Of a stretch of 64,000 nucleotides of DNA, positions 18,879 through 28,763 are shown piece by piece. Under the pieces are notes generated by a model. It had not been told where the DNA came from. It made no database searches and saw only the letters and a list, made by a program, of their open reading frames with translations. Each line of letters opens with the position of its first letter. Positions within the stretch are counted from its first letter, which is position 1. Made by a program: the position numbers and the translations under genes. This DNA is from Candidatus Dormiibacterota bacterium (GTDB lineage: Bacteria; Chloroflexota; Dormibacteria; CF-121): assembly GCA_035544955.1 (NCBI GenBank), contig DASZZN010000034.1, forward strand, positions 71,700 through 135,699, given 5' to 3'.

Positions 18879-19622
18879 TCAGTACCAGTAATTCGAGCCC
18901 TCGGCTGAGGCTGAGCCCGTTGGCGCCGGCTCGTCCCGCAGCAGCCCCTTGGGCCCGGCCAGCGTGCGGACGGCTTGCTCCGTCCGGGCAATGAAGGTGT
19001 CGTAGTCCTCGCCCGACTGCGGGTAAAGGGGATCGCCGAATTTGATGCTCGCCGGGTGCCGCCTGGGGATTCGGCGGAACCGGGGAAAGACCTCGTAGAG
19101 GCCGTCGACGTAGGCCGGCACGATCGGCACCCCGGCGTCGATGGCCAGGATCGCGGCGCCTTTTTTGAAGGTCCCGATATTGCCGGTCCGGGACAACGTC
19201 CCCTCGGGAAAGATGACGACCGACCAGCGATGGGCGAGATGTTCCTTCAATCGATCCAGCGCGGGTCGGGCGCCACCCGCCCGCGGAATCGGAAACGTGT
19301 TGATCAGCAGTTGCGTCAGGGCCCCCTCCCATTTGCGCTTGAAGATCGAGTCGGCGGCTGCGACCACAAAGGCCCTGAAGCGGAAGCGGGCGGGGAGCGC
19401 CTGGAGCATCACGACCGCATCGAGGGCGCTGCTATGGTTGGAGACGAAGACCGCACCGCCCTTGAGAGGCTTGACCCGGTAGCGGTCGATCACGGTGAGC
19501 GGCGAGAAGGCGCCCATCAGCGGAAAGATCAGGAAGGTTTGCAGCACGGCGCGCGCACCGCGGATCGATCCTCGCTGGGTCCAGGCGGGAACCGTCACGG
19601 GCGGCGGACTTGTGGTTCCCAA
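18879..19622 (-). CDS. 1-acyl-sn-glycerol-3-phosphate acyltransferase family protein
   Basis: HxxxxD motif 'NHSSALD', 'FPEGT' and 'VPIVPA' blocks of PlsC-type acyltransferases. Confidence 0.8.
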   Translation of the reverse strand: MGTTSPPPVTVPAWTQRGSIRGARAVLQTFLIFPLMGAFSPLTVIDRYRVKPLKGGAVFVSNHSSALDAVVMLQALPARFRFRAFVVAAADSIFKRKWEGALTQLLINTFPIPRAGGARPALDRLKEHLAHRWSVVIFPEGTLSRTGNIGTFKKGAAILAIDAGVPIVPAYVDGLYEVFPRFRRIPRRHPASIKFGDPLYPQSGEDYDTFIARTEQAVRTLAGPKGLLRDEPAPTGSASAEGSNYWY

Positions 19623-19744
19623 AATTCTCCCCTCCGGCGGCCCGCCCAGCTAAAGTAGGTGCGGGATTCCATGCCGGAACATCGCAAGCGTAACAACCAC
19701 AGGTCGGTTGGCATAGGTCCATTGAGGACCTTTACAACGCCCTG

Positions 19745-20770
19745 ATGGCTCGCCCGCTCGGGGCGACCGAAAGCGTGTCTGCCGAGATCAGCCGAAACCT
19801 GGCCCTCGAGCTGGTTCGGGTCACCGAGGCCGGGGCTCTGGCCAGTGCGCGCTGGATGGGCCGGGGGGACAAGAACAACGCCGATGGCGCCGCGGTCGAC
19901 GCCATGCGGCGTGCGCTCGGCCTCGTCACGATGGATGGGATCGTCGTCATCGGCGAGGGTGAGAAGGATGAAGCGCCGATGCTCTACATCGGCGAGCGGA
20001 TCGGCACCGGCGAGCCTCCGCAAGTCGATGTGGCGGTTGACCCGATTGACGGCACGACGCTGCTCTCGAAGGGACTGCCCAACGCGATCTCCGTCGTCGC
20101 CATGGCCGCCGGGCGCGGGTCGCTCTACGACGCCAGGCACGTCCACTACATGCACAAGATTGCGACCGGCTCCGATGCTGCCGGCTCGCTGAACATCGAT
20201 GACCCGGTGGCGGTCAACCTGCAACGGGTTGCTCGAGCGAAGCGCATGCGCGTCAGCAATCTCACGGTGGTCATCCTCGACCGGCCGCGACATGAGGGGC
20301 TGGTCAAGGAAGTCCGCGAGACGGGCGCCCGCATCAAGATGATCACCGACGGCGATGTCGCCGGCGCCGTCATGACCGCCATCGACGGCACCGGTCTCGA
20401 CCTGCTCATGGGCATCGGCGGATCGCCCGAAGCCGTGCTGGCTGCCGCCGCGCTGAAATGCCTCGGCGGCGAGATCCAGTGCAAGCTCTACGCCCGCAAC
20501 CCCGAAGAGAAAGAGAAAGCCGAAGCCGCCGGCGCGGATTTCGACCGCGTGCTCGGCATCGACGACCTGGTCCGTAGCGACGATGTTTTCTTCGCCGCCA
20601 CCGGGATCACCGATGGCGAGATGCTCCAGGGCGTCAAGTACCACATGAACTGGGCGGAGACGGAATCGCTGGTCACACGTAGCCGGTCGGGCACGCTTCG
20701 CCGGATTTACGCGCGCCACCACTGGGGCTACAAGCAGCGGGAGTGGCTGGGCCAGCCCGAAGAAGGCTAG
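19745..20770 (+). CDS. glpX: class II fructose-1,6-bisphosphatase
   Basis: 'VTEAGALASARWMGRGDKNNADGAAVDAMR', 'GEGEKDEAPMLY.GE', 'DPIDGTT' and 'GGSPEAVLAAAALKCLGG' are characteristic of GlpX. Confidence 0.9.
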   Translation: MARPLGATESVSAEISRNLALELVRVTEAGALASARWMGRGDKNNADGAAVDAMRRALGLVTMDGIVVIGEGEKDEAPMLYIGERIGTGEPPQVDVAVDPIDGTTLLSKGLPNAISVVAMAAGRGSLYDARHVHYMHKIATGSDAAGSLNIDDPVAVNLQRVARAKRMRVSNLTVVILDRPRHEGLVKEVRETGARIKMITDGDVAGAVMTAIDGTGLDLLMGIGGSPEAVLAAAALKCLGGEIQCKLYARNPEEKEKAEAAGADFDRVLGIDDLVRSDDVFFAATGITDGEMLQGVKYHMNWAETESLVTRSRSGTLRRIYARHHWGYKQREWLGQPEEG

Positions 20771-21393
20771 CCCCGACCGACCAGGCGCCAGCGATACACG
20801 AGGTAGGGCCCGAGGCTGAGAAAGCCGCAGGTGATCGCGGCGTGGACCACCACGGGGGCGAGTAACGATGGCGGCGACGGCTGCCAGAGATAGATCAGAC
20901 CCAGCGTCAGGCCAGCGGCCGTCGCCCCGACGACCGGGCGCCAACCCCAGCGATCGATGAAGTGATAGGCGCCGAACACCGCGGTGGCTGTGAGCACGGC
21001 GAGCAACGGCGCGTTCCACCAGCGAGCCAGGCTGCCCTGCAGGAATCCCCTAAAGAACCACTCTTCGATGGGGGCGTTGAGCACAAGGTAATAGGCGCTC
21101 TGCACGAGCAGGTCCGGCTCCGTGGGCACGAACCAGCGGCCGCTGCGGCGCGAGAGATAGACGTTGAAGGCCGCGGCAATGGCAAAGCCTGCCGCCGCGG
21201 CGGGGATCGCCACGAGAAGGTCGCGCGATGGATGCGTGATCACCAGCCCGAGGTCGCGCAGCGGCGTCCCGGTTAGCCAGCTGAAGACGAAGGGGACAAG
21301 GGTGAGCGGGACGAGCCGAACCGCCAGGTCGAGGCGCATCCACGACCAGCTGCTCGCAACGGTTGTGCGCAGGACAGCCGGCGCGGCCGTCAC
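20767..21393 (-). CDS. CPBP-family intramembrane glutamic endopeptidase (CAAX protease-like)
   Basis: 'IEEWFFRGFLQ' (EExxxR) and 'FGAYH' motifs. Multi-TM. Confidence 0.75.
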   Translation of the reverse strand: MTAAPAVLRTTVASSWSWMRLDLAVRLVPLTLVPFVFSWLTGTPLRDLGLVITHPSRDLLVAIPAAAAGFAIAAAFNVYLSRRSGRWFVPTEPDLLVQSAYYLVLNAPIEEWFFRGFLQGSLARWWNAPLLAVLTATAVFGAYHFIDRWGWRPVVGATAAGLTLGLIYLWQPSPPSLLAPVVVHAAITCGFLSLGPYLVYRWRLVGRG

Positions 21394-21394
21394 G

Positions 21395-21700
21395 TTAATC
21401 CGAGTGGTCGATGACGTACTGGATCGCCTCGCGCTGCGCGAGAATGGGCCGGATCAGGTTCTGAATCACCGCCTGGTGGTCCGGATGGTTCGCGTAGGTC
21501 TGCAACCCTTCCTGATCACTGAAGTCCGCCACCAGCGCAAAATCGGCGTTGCCGGACTGGACGCCGAGATCGCGGCCGTATCGGTAGGACTGGATGCACG
21601 GGATCTTGGCGGGCAATTGATGCAGGGCCGCCTCGACCTTGGACACGTCCTCGGCGGTGGTCTCCGGCTTCCAGCGGAAGAGGGCAACGTGGCGCAGCAC
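21395..21700 (-). CDS. Dabb (stress-responsive A/B barrel) family protein
   Basis: 'MLRHVALFRWK......V..V..AL..L...IP.I.....G.DLG' is the canonical Dabb pattern. 101 aa. Confidence 0.8.
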   Translation of the reverse strand: MLRHVALFRWKPETTAEDVSKVEAALHQLPAKIPCIQSYRYGRDLGVQSGNADFALVADFSDQEGLQTYANHPDHQAVIQNLIRPILAQREAIQYVIDHSD

Positions 21701-21714
21701 TGGCGGTTTCGAGC

Positions 21715-23142
21715 TTACCCGATCGCCTGCTGCTCGACGGCCCGCGACGACTGATCGGCCGAGGCCGCGGACCCGCGCACCATCGACGTCACCGCGGCCA
21801 GCAGCGCGGCGATGCCGGCGACCAGGAAGCCGTCCTGATACGACGCGAGCGCGGCCGCCGTCGGTCCGGCATGCTCGGCCAGGTGGGCCGGTATTCGAAA
21901 CGCGATGACGGCGGCGGCGGTGGCAGTGCCCAGCGCCATGCCGAGATTGCGGCTGGTGGCGAGCAGGCCGGCCGCGGTCCCCGTTCGCGCCGCTCGCACC
22001 GCGCCCATCACGGCGCTGTTGTTCGGCGACGTAAAGAGACCGGTGCCCACTCCGTTGACCAGCAGTGGCGGGACGAGGTCGGCGTAACTCGGATGAAGCC
22101 CGAGCCGGCTCAACCAGTAGAAGCTGATGGCAACCAGGATCATCCCGCCCGAGGTCAGAGCACGCGACCCGACGCGGTCCGAGAGCCAGCCGCTGATTGG
22201 CGCGAAGACCAGCATCGCGACCGGCACCGGTGTCAGCAGGATCCCGGCGTGGAAGTAATCGAACCCCAGCCCGTGGATTAGGTAGAAGGGGACCAGCAGG
22301 TTGAGCATGAAGATCGCGAGGTAGGCCAGCACGCTGCTGGCCAGCGCCGCCGAGAAGAGCCGGTCACCGAACATCGAAAGGTCGACCATGGGTGCTGAAG
22401 CCCGGCGTTCCCATCGGACGAAGCCAATCGCGAGCCCGGCGCTCAGCACCAGCAGGCCGAGTACGGCGGGCGACAGGATGCCCCAGCTCGGGGCCTGGCT
22501 CAATAGAAGCAAGAGGCAGAAGAGCGCGAGCGAGCCCAGCAGTGCACCGGGAACGTCGAAGCGCGTGGGCTCTCGGCGTTGCGGCCTGGCATCTTCGCGC
22601 AAGAAGAGCAGCGCGAGGAGGATGCCGCCGAGGCCGAGCGGCAGGTTGACAAGGAAGAGACCGCGCCACGACCCGGTGACGAGGACGAATGCGCCGATTA
22701 GGGGCCCGGCGGTGAGCCCGGCATAGATGAAGACGGCATTGATGCCGAGCGCCAGGCCTAGTTCAGTCGGCGGGAAGGCACGCGTGACGATGGCGGCGGC
22801 AACCGAGAACATCATCGCGCCGCCCAGCCCCTGCAACGCGCGGCTCGCGAGCAGCCATCCGAAGCCGGGGCTGAGCCCGCTGGCGAGGGCGCCTAGCGTG
22901 AAGACGACAAAGCCCACAACATAAAGCCGCTTGGTCGAGATCAGATCGCCCAGTCGCCCAAACGTCATCAGCAGCGACGTGATGACGAGCACGTAGGTGA
23001 CGATCACCCATTCCGCCGACGTGACCGGCTGGTGCAACGCACCCGCGATCACGGGGAGTCCGATTGAAATCGTGCTGATGCCGATCGGTGGGCAAAACGC
23101 CCCCAGCGAAACACCAAGCATGGTGCGCCACTTTTGCGACAT
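21715..23142 (-). CDS. MFS transporter (DHA2/EmrB-like, 14-TM type)
   Basis: 475 aa, about 14 TM segments, 'GRLGDL..TKRLY' MFS loop motif. Sits directly downstream of marR. Confidence 0.85.
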   Translation of the reverse strand: MSQKWRTMLGVSLGAFCPPIGISTISIGLPVIAGALHQPVTSAEWVIVTYVLVITSLLMTFGRLGDLISTKRLYVVGFVVFTLGALASGLSPGFGWLLASRALQGLGGAMMFSVAAAIVTRAFPPTELGLALGINAVFIYAGLTAGPLIGAFVLVTGSWRGLFLVNLPLGLGGILLALLFLREDARPQRREPTRFDVPGALLGSLALFCLLLLLSQAPSWGILSPAVLGLLVLSAGLAIGFVRWERRASAPMVDLSMFGDRLFSAALASSVLAYLAIFMLNLLVPFYLIHGLGFDYFHAGILLTPVPVAMLVFAPISGWLSDRVGSRALTSGGMILVAISFYWLSRLGLHPSYADLVPPLLVNGVGTGLFTSPNNSAVMGAVRAARTGTAAGLLATSRNLGMALGTATAAAVIAFRIPAHLAEHAGPTAAALASYQDGFLVAGIAALLAAVTSMVRGSAASADQSSRAVEQQAIG

Positions 23143-23145
23143 CGG

Positions 23146-23613
23146 TCAGTCGGCGCCGGCCGGTGTGGTCCGCATGGGACGCCCGAGCGGCTCTAGGGCA
23201 TCGGCTAGCGCAGACAGCTGCGCTGCGGATAGGCGCTTGCCAAAATGCTCCCGGACGCCGCGCAGGTGGACCGGCCTGGCACGGTGCAGGCGGGATCCGC
23301 CAACCGTCGTCAAGATCGCGAAGGTGCCCCGCCGGTCCTCGGCACACTTGCCCCGCTTCACGAGGCCGGCCTGAACCAGGCGGTCGACTAGGCGGGTAAG
23401 ACCGCTGCGGCTCAGGCGGACCCGCTCCGACAGCTCCGTCATGCGGAGGCGCCGGTCGGGGGCCATCCCGAGCTGGATGAGGACGTCGAACTCGGCGAGG
23501 GTCATGTTCTCTTTTTCGATGAGTTCCGATTCCAGCTGGCGGAGTAGGGCGGCCTGGGCATCTAGGAAGGCCGCCCAGGCACGCAGTTCGGCAGGTTTGA
23601 GCTCGGCGGCCAT
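23146..23613 (-). CDS. MarR-family transcriptional regulator
   Basis: wHTH 'MTELSERVRLSRSGLTRLVDRLVQAGLVKRGKCAEDRRG' is a typical MarR recognition helix plus wing. Confidence 0.85.
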   Translation of the reverse strand: MAAELKPAELRAWAAFLDAQAALLRQLESELIEKENMTLAEFDVLIQLGMAPDRRLRMTELSERVRLSRSGLTRLVDRLVQAGLVKRGKCAEDRRGTFAILTTVGGSRLHRARPVHLRGVREHFGKRLSAAQLSALADALEPLGRPMRTTPAGAD

Positions 23614-23652
23614 ACGGAATAGATTGTCCCATCAAACTGTTTGCTCTAGCGA

Positions 23653-23670
23653 TTGTTGTATACGCAACAA
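23653..23670. promoter_or_regulatory. candidate MarR operator in the marR / yceI divergent intergenic region
   Basis: TTGTTG-TATACG-CAACAA inverted repeat (6-6-6). It is the only AT-rich palindrome in the 87-nt divergent region. Confidence 0.35.
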
Positions 23671-23700
23671 ATCCTTGAGAGACCGGGAGGACCGAGTTAG

Positions 23701-24279
23701 ATGAAGTGGGCAATCGATCCGAGTCATAGCAGCGTCACGTTTACGATCCGGCACATGATGTCGAAAGTGCGCGGCCAGATGAAGGCCAAAGAGGGCTACA
23801 TCGAGGTCGACAACGACAACCTGAACACGGCGAAAGTCGACGTTGTCCTCGATGCGGCGACCGTCGATACCGGGGTTGAGATGCGTGACAACCACCTGCG
23901 CAGCGCCGATGGGCACTTTGACGTCGAGAAATACCCGACCATCACCTTCAAGAGCACGCGCGTCGAAGGTAAGGAGCCCTCGGACTTCAAGGTGATCGGT
24001 GACGTGACCATCCGCGGCAAAAGCAAGGAGGTCACGCTCAACGCCAGCTTCAACGGCGAGGGCAAGGACCCGTGGGGCAACCGCCGCGTGAGCTTCTCCG
24101 CCGAGACCAAGCTGAACCGTAAGGACTACGACCTGACCTGGAACCAGGCACTCGAGGCCGGCGGCTTCCTGCTCGGTGACGATGTCAAGCTCGAGATCGA
24201 CCTCGAGGCGGTCCCGGCGCCGACCCCAGCTGCGGCCAAGAAGGAAATCGAGGTCGAAGCCGCGGTCGAGTCCCGCTAA
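23701..24279 (+). CDS. YceI-family (polyisoprenoid-binding) protein
   Basis: 'W.IDPSHSSVTF.IRHMM.SKVRG.F' and 'D..L.....F.D..KYPTITFKST' are YceI signatures. An intrinsic terminator follows. Confidence 0.85.
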   Translation: MKWAIDPSHSSVTFTIRHMMSKVRGQMKAKEGYIEVDNDNLNTAKVDVVLDAATVDTGVEMRDNHLRSADGHFDVEKYPTITFKSTRVEGKEPSDFKVIGDVTIRGKSKEVTLNASFNGEGKDPWGNRRVSFSAETKLNRKDYDLTWNQALEAGGFLLGDDVKLEIDLEAVPAPTPAAAKKEIEVEAAVESR

Positions 24280-24298
24280 GCCGACCCTCTTTCATACA

Positions 24299-24334
24299 GC
24301 AGCCCGCCAGCGTTGTGGCGGGCTGTTTCGTTTC
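24299..24334 (+). terminator. intrinsic terminator after the yceI-like gene
   Basis: AGCCCGCCA[GCGTTG]TGGCGGGCT followed by GTTTCGTTTC. Confidence 0.7.
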
Positions 24335-24390
24335 AGGCCCGTCGCAGCGGGATTGCGAAGACCAACCGTTGCGTTTCCTGAGGGTCACGC

Positions 24391-25098
24391 GTGAGCCGGG
24401 CTGTCTGCCGCAACTGCTGGACGTGGTACATCAAGGGGGAGACCGTCTGCCCGCACTGCCACATGCCGCTGACGGTCGCCGATGCGGGGGCACCGCCCGT
24501 CACCGCGGGCGGCCCGTTGCCGGACCCCGCTCTTCCGAGTACGCCACAGCCGTTCCCTGCTCTTGGAGCGTCGGGTACGAGGCAACCGAACTGGACGCTG
24601 CTGCTTCCGGCCGGCATCCTGGCGATCGTCGCCGTCATCGCCATCGGCGTCCTGATCTCGCTGAATTTGGGGGGGCCGGCGGTGGCGTCCGACGGTCATT
24701 TCTCCGTAAAGGCCCCGCGCGGTTGGGTCCCGACGACTACCAGCTTCGTCGCGGGTCGGCGGGTGGTCCTCGCGCTGGCCAGGCGTTCCAGTGGTGAGCG
24801 ATCCGAGTTCGACGTGGCGGACTTCGGCCAGCTGGTCCCTCTGGCGGACATCCAGAACCACTGGGGCGAGGTCGCCGCCCAGATGCAGGCCCACCTCGGA
24901 ACGTTGACGTCGACCACGATCGGCGGCACTCCAGCGCTCCGCGTTGACATCGAAACACCGCAGTCCAGTGGCCAGCTTCTCTTCGTCAACTACGGCACGA
25001 CCACCTACATCGTCGCGCTGGCGGCGCCACCGAGCCAGTTCGAGCAAATGCGCAGTGGCGATTTCGCCGCGATCCTCTCCTCCTGGCAGTGGCGGTAG
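24391..25098 (+). CDS. zinc-ribbon membrane-anchored protein (function unknown)
   Basis: GTG start. 'CRNCWTWYIKGETVCPHC' zinc ribbon, Pro-rich linker, one TM segment, then a ~130-aa extracytoplasmic domain. Confidence 0.55.
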   Translation: MSRAVCRNCWTWYIKGETVCPHCHMPLTVADAGAPPVTAGGPLPDPALPSTPQPFPALGASGTRQPNWTLLLPAGILAIVAVIAIGVLISLNLGGPAVASDGHFSVKAPRGWVPTTTSFVAGRRVVLALARRSSGERSEFDVADFGQLVPLADIQNHWGEVAAQMQAHLGTLTSTTIGGTPALRVDIETPQSSGQLLFVNYGTTTYIVALAAPPSQFEQMRSGDFAAILSSWQWR

Positions 25099-25136
25099 TG
25101 TTCGCGGGATTCCCGCGTCGTCGATAAAGTTAGCGG

Positions 25137-26537
25137 GTGATCGATGACGGCTGGGCAGTCAAGAGTGCCCTCGAGCAGGCGCGCGCCGTCGCGGCCAGGC
25201 AGGTCAAGCCGAGCGAACTCGTCGCGCTCTATTACGGGCGCATCGAGGCGATCGACCCAGAACTCAATGCCTACGTTCTCCTGACCAGGGAGCTGGCGGA
25301 AAGCCAGGCCGCCGCGGCGGAAAAGCGCGTGGCGAGGGGCGAACACCTCGGCCTGCTCGACGGGGTGCCGGTCTCGATCAAGGAGACGTCGGCCCTCGCC
25401 GGGTATCGCAACAGCCTCGCCTCCCGCGTGTTCGAGACGTCCACCGCCCAGGTCGACGGCTTTGCCATCGGCCGGCTGAAGAACGAGGGTGCCGTCATCC
25501 TGGGCAAGACGAACGCGTCGGAGTTCGGGACGCGGCCCGTTACCGAAGGCCCGATGTTCCCACCGGCCCGCAACCCGGTCGACAAGAGCCGGACCGCCGG
25601 CGGATCGAGTGGCGGCGCGGCCGCGGCCGTGGCGGCGGGCTTGTGTGCCCTGAGCCATGGGGGCGATGGCGGCGGCTCCATCCGCATCCCCGCCTCGTGT
25701 TGCGGAGTTGTCGGATTGAAGCCATCGCGGGGCCGCATCTCGAGCGGGCCGCTGCTCGGGGAAGACTGGGCGGGGCTCGCCACCAGCGGCATCATTGGCC
25801 GGACTGTCGCGGATGCGGCGCTCGGCCTCGACGCCATGAGCGGCCACCTGCCTGGCGATCCGTATTGGGCTGAGATTCCGGAACCATTCCTCGCGGCGGC
25901 GCAGCGCAAGCCGGCGCTGCTGCGTGTCGGATGGACCATCGATGCGCCGGCTGCGGTTGACCCGGAGGTCGCGGCCGCCGTCGAGTCCGTCGCGGCGGAG
26001 CTGGCCCGCCTCGGGCATCGTGTGAGCCGGGTGAAACCCGACCTCGGGCAGTTTCGCCCGCTGATCCAGATCCTTGCCGTCACGGCCGTCGGCGCGTTAC
26101 CAATCACCAGGCCGGAGTTGCTCGACCCTCTCAATGAACGGATGTTTCAAGCCGCGCCGTTGTCGACGGCGGTCGATTACCTGAAGGCGTTGACCGAGCT
26201 CCATCAGCAGGCGCGACGGCTGATCGCGACCTGGGACCAGATCGACGTGTTGCTCACCCCGACGCTCACCGATCCCGCGCCGAAGATCGGAACGCTGGGC
26301 CAGGACGTCGACACGGCGTCCGGCGAGTTTCTCGACTGGTTGAGCTTTACGCACCCATTCAACGGCACCGGGCAGCCGGCGATCAGCCTTCCGCTGGCCA
26401 CCTCGAAGGCGGGGCTCCCGATCGGCATCCAGCTCGTCGGCCGGCCGCGTGACGAGTACAGCATCCTGTCGCTGGGTGCCCAGCTCGAGGCGACGCTCAA
26501 GCCGCAAGCGGACATTACCGCCGGGCGCCGTAATTAG
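25137..26537 (+). CDS. amidase (amidase-signature family)
   Basis: 'GGSSGGAAAAVAAG' and 'GGDGGGSIRIPA' AS-family Ser-cisSer-Lys region. 466 aa. GTG start. Confidence 0.85.
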   Translation: MIDDGWAVKSALEQARAVAARQVKPSELVALYYGRIEAIDPELNAYVLLTRELAESQAAAAEKRVARGEHLGLLDGVPVSIKETSALAGYRNSLASRVFETSTAQVDGFAIGRLKNEGAVILGKTNASEFGTRPVTEGPMFPPARNPVDKSRTAGGSSGGAAAAVAAGLCALSHGGDGGGSIRIPASCCGVVGLKPSRGRISSGPLLGEDWAGLATSGIIGRTVADAALGLDAMSGHLPGDPYWAEIPEPFLAAAQRKPALLRVGWTIDAPAAVDPEVAAAVESVAAELARLGHRVSRVKPDLGQFRPLIQILAVTAVGALPITRPELLDPLNERMFQAAPLSTAVDYLKALTELHQQARRLIATWDQIDVLLTPTLTDPAPKIGTLGQDVDTASGEFLDWLSFTHPFNGTGQPAISLPLATSKAGLPIGIQLVGRPRDEYSILSLGAQLEATLKPQADITAGRRN

Positions 26538-28105
26538 TCTGTTTCGCGGTCATCGTTCTCGTCGCCGTGATCGCGGTCGTCGTCAGCACCGCTGATATAG
26601 CGTTGCGCCTTGGCCCACGCCTGCCGGGCGACGCGGCGGCCGGCGGACCTGGCGTCCAGGTCGCCCTGCTCGAAGTGGATCCCCCCGTAGCGCCGCGAGA
26701 ATCCGGCCTGGTTGGCGGCCTCGCCGAACGTTGCCCAGCGAAGGGTAAGATCGGCGGCCGGCACGGCTCCGGACTCGAACTTCGAGCTGCCCGCCGGAAA
26801 CGTGACCGAAGCCCCGAACGTCTCGCTCCCTGTGAAGAGTCTCAGGATCTCCGCCCCGGCCGCACTGAAGGTGCTGTGACCCGAGCTGTACTCCGGGAAG
26901 GGCGGCGTCGGGAACGTTGAGGCCTGATAGGGCAGCCAGTCCGCACCATCGATCAGTCGGGTGCCCCGATACGGGCCACCCCAGGCACGTACCTGTTGCC
27001 CTCGGAAGAGGTAGCGGATGGAGGTGATCGGCCGGACCGAGTCGTAGAATCGCTTATTGTCCCAGCAGCAGACGCTCGCGTCGAAGACGGCGTTCGTCAG
27101 GGCGAAGAAGAGCTTGACGTCGGCGTCGACCCCGTGCTTGTGCGCACCATGATGGTCACGGCGTGAGACAAACTGGGCGAAGAGGTCCCAGTGCCCGGGC
27201 GGCAGCTCGGAGTGCGGCCCATCCGCCCAGTACTCGGCGATCATCTTCTGCGCATCGTTGAGACCGGCGCTGAGGGCGAGCAGAGCGCGGGCCTGCGACT
27301 CGTATGCCGCGGAGCCGAACCTGGCTGGCCCGGTCGGCGATCGTAGCTGGGCGACGTTGGTGAGCGCGAACGGCGTGACGTGTTGCCATTGGGCGCCGAC
27401 GAAGGGTTGGGTGAAGTCGGCTCCGCTCGCATCGATGTAGCGCAGGTGCTGCCAGCGATTCGGGTCGTGGACAGTCGCAGGGTCGAACTTGCTGCCCGGC
27501 CTCAGATCCATCGGATCGTTTGTCGACTTGTAGCCCGTGTAGTCCGAGTAGGCGACGCCAGGCTTCCCACCAGGCTCGTCGCCCAGCTGGTTCGCGCCGT
27601 CCCGGTGCCGGAAATCGAGGACCGCCCGGGCGGCCACATTCCCGACTCCCTGGGGTGTGCTGATGTTGTCCGTCGTGTTGGCGGGGTCATAACCGAGCCG
27701 GCGCATCAGCGGGTCGAGAACGCTCCCCCGGTCACCAGGGAATAGATCGACAGCCGCCCGGTACGCCGCGAAGCTGATCGCCGTGTTGATATTGGCCAGC
27801 GTGCGCTCCCGAGGTGGCCGGCGGAGAGCGCCGCCGAGTCGGGTCCCGACAGCCTGATGGTCGTAGGCGGCCCAGGCGTCAAAGATGCAGGTGTGGACGA
27901 TGGCGAGGGCCCGGGCCACCATGGGCGGCCCGAGCTTCGAATCCCTGACCCCCTGTAGCGCCGCCTCGTTCCAGAGCAGGACGGCGCTGTCGCTGGAGGC
28001 GAAGGCGTCGAGCGGCAGCCCACTCAACGCTGGTGTAGCCGCCGCCAGGACGCCCCATTTCAGCGCGGTTCGGCGATTAATGCGAAGCGGTTCTCGCTCG
28101 CTCAT
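26534..28105 (-). CDS. Tat-exported vanadium-haloperoxidase / PAP2-superfamily protein
   Basis: Twin-arginine leader 'INRRTALKWGVLAAATPALS'. Motifs K-x6-RP (KRFYDSVRP), 'PEYSSGHS' and 'SRRYGGIHF'. Acidic C-terminal tail. Confidence 0.8.
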   Translation of the reverse strand: MSEREPLRINRRTALKWGVLAAATPALSGLPLDAFASSDSAVLLWNEAALQGVRDSKLGPPMVARALAIVHTCIFDAWAAYDHQAVGTRLGGALRRPPRERTLANINTAISFAAYRAAVDLFPGDRGSVLDPLMRRLGYDPANTTDNISTPQGVGNVAARAVLDFRHRDGANQLGDEPGGKPGVAYSDYTGYKSTNDPMDLRPGSKFDPATVHDPNRWQHLRYIDASGADFTQPFVGAQWQHVTPFALTNVAQLRSPTGPARFGSAAYESQARALLALSAGLNDAQKMIAEYWADGPHSELPPGHWDLFAQFVSRRDHHGAHKHGVDADVKLFFALTNAVFDASVCCWDNKRFYDSVRPITSIRYLFRGQQVRAWGGPYRGTRLIDGADWLPYQASTFPTPPFPEYSSGHSTFSAAGAEILRLFTGSETFGASVTFPAGSSKFESGAVPAADLTLRWATFGEAANQAGFSRRYGGIHFEQGDLDARSAGRRVARQAWAKAQRYISGADDDRDHGDENDDRETD

Positions 28106-28108
28106 TAG

Positions 28109-28663
28109 CTAATGGATCGTGACCTGGCCCTCCAGCAGGATCTCATGGAAAGTCAACCCCGAAATGACCAGCGTGGCTGTGGCGCCGGGGCCTCCCGACT
28201 TCACCGTAAATGTGAAGGCCTGGCTGGGTCCGGCTCCGAGCCCGGTCACGGTCGCCGTCCCCTTCAGTACGGCGGTGCCGCCCGATACCTGCACCGAGCT
28301 GACCGTTCCGGTGACGTACATCGCGTTGACTTCGAACTGCCCGCTCTCTGGCGCGCCAGATGCGGTCGTCGGCGCGAGAGCCAGACATTCGAAGTGCCCG
28401 CTCTGCCCACTGGCGTGGAAGGCGAGCACTGTGATCACTGGGATGAACGACGGGGCGCCGGTCCCACCCTCGATGATGGTCTTCCCCGCGCCGGCGACCT
28501 GGTGATCGCCCTCCCTCTCGGCGCCTGCGGTTATCGATCGGGTGGCGGAGCCAACCAGGGCAGCCGCCAGGAGTGCGGCCCCAGCCAGGAGCCAGAACCG
28601 TCGCCGCCCCCGAACACCGCTGAACCGACCGAGTGGCTCGGAAATCAACTGATTGCCTAACAT
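28109..28663 (-). CDS. secreted hypothetical protein (Gly/Thr/Val-rich beta protein)
   Basis: N-terminal RRRFWLLAGAALLAAALVGSA signal/anchor. No known motif. Confidence 0.55.
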   Translation of the reverse strand: MLGNQLISEPLGRFSGVRGRRRFWLLAGAALLAAALVGSATRSITAGAEREGDHQVAGAGKTIIEGGTGAPSFIPVITVLAFHASGQSGHFECLALAPTTASGAPESGQFEVNAMYVTGTVSSVQVSGGTAVLKGTATVTGLGAGPSQAFTFTVKSGGPGATATLVISGLTFHEILLEGQVTIH

Positions 28664-28701
28664 GCCATTTCCCTCCTATCCTCTTAGGCTTGCCTGAAAG
28701 T

Positions 28702-28727
28702 GGGGAGACGCCTAGCGGCGTCTCCCC
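28702..28727 (-). terminator. strong hairpin between the two secreted-protein genes
   Basis: GGGGAGACGCC[TAGC]GGCGTCTCCCC, 11 bp perfect. On the minus strand it is followed by ACTTTCAGG (weak U-tract). Confidence 0.45.
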
Positions 28728-28763
28728 GGACGATCCGCTTAGCTACACATACGTTGCGGTGAG

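Noticed and set aside
19595-21019. 474-aa ORF on the minus strand
   Set aside because: It is antisense to glpX, whose product has unmistakable GlpX motifs. The composition is Arg/Gly/Asp/Ala low-complexity, so this is a shadow ORF.
22763-23713. 316-aa minus-strand ORF spanning the marR/MFS junction
   Set aside because: It runs across two genes that each have clear family signatures in another frame. It is Pro/Arg/Ala-rich.
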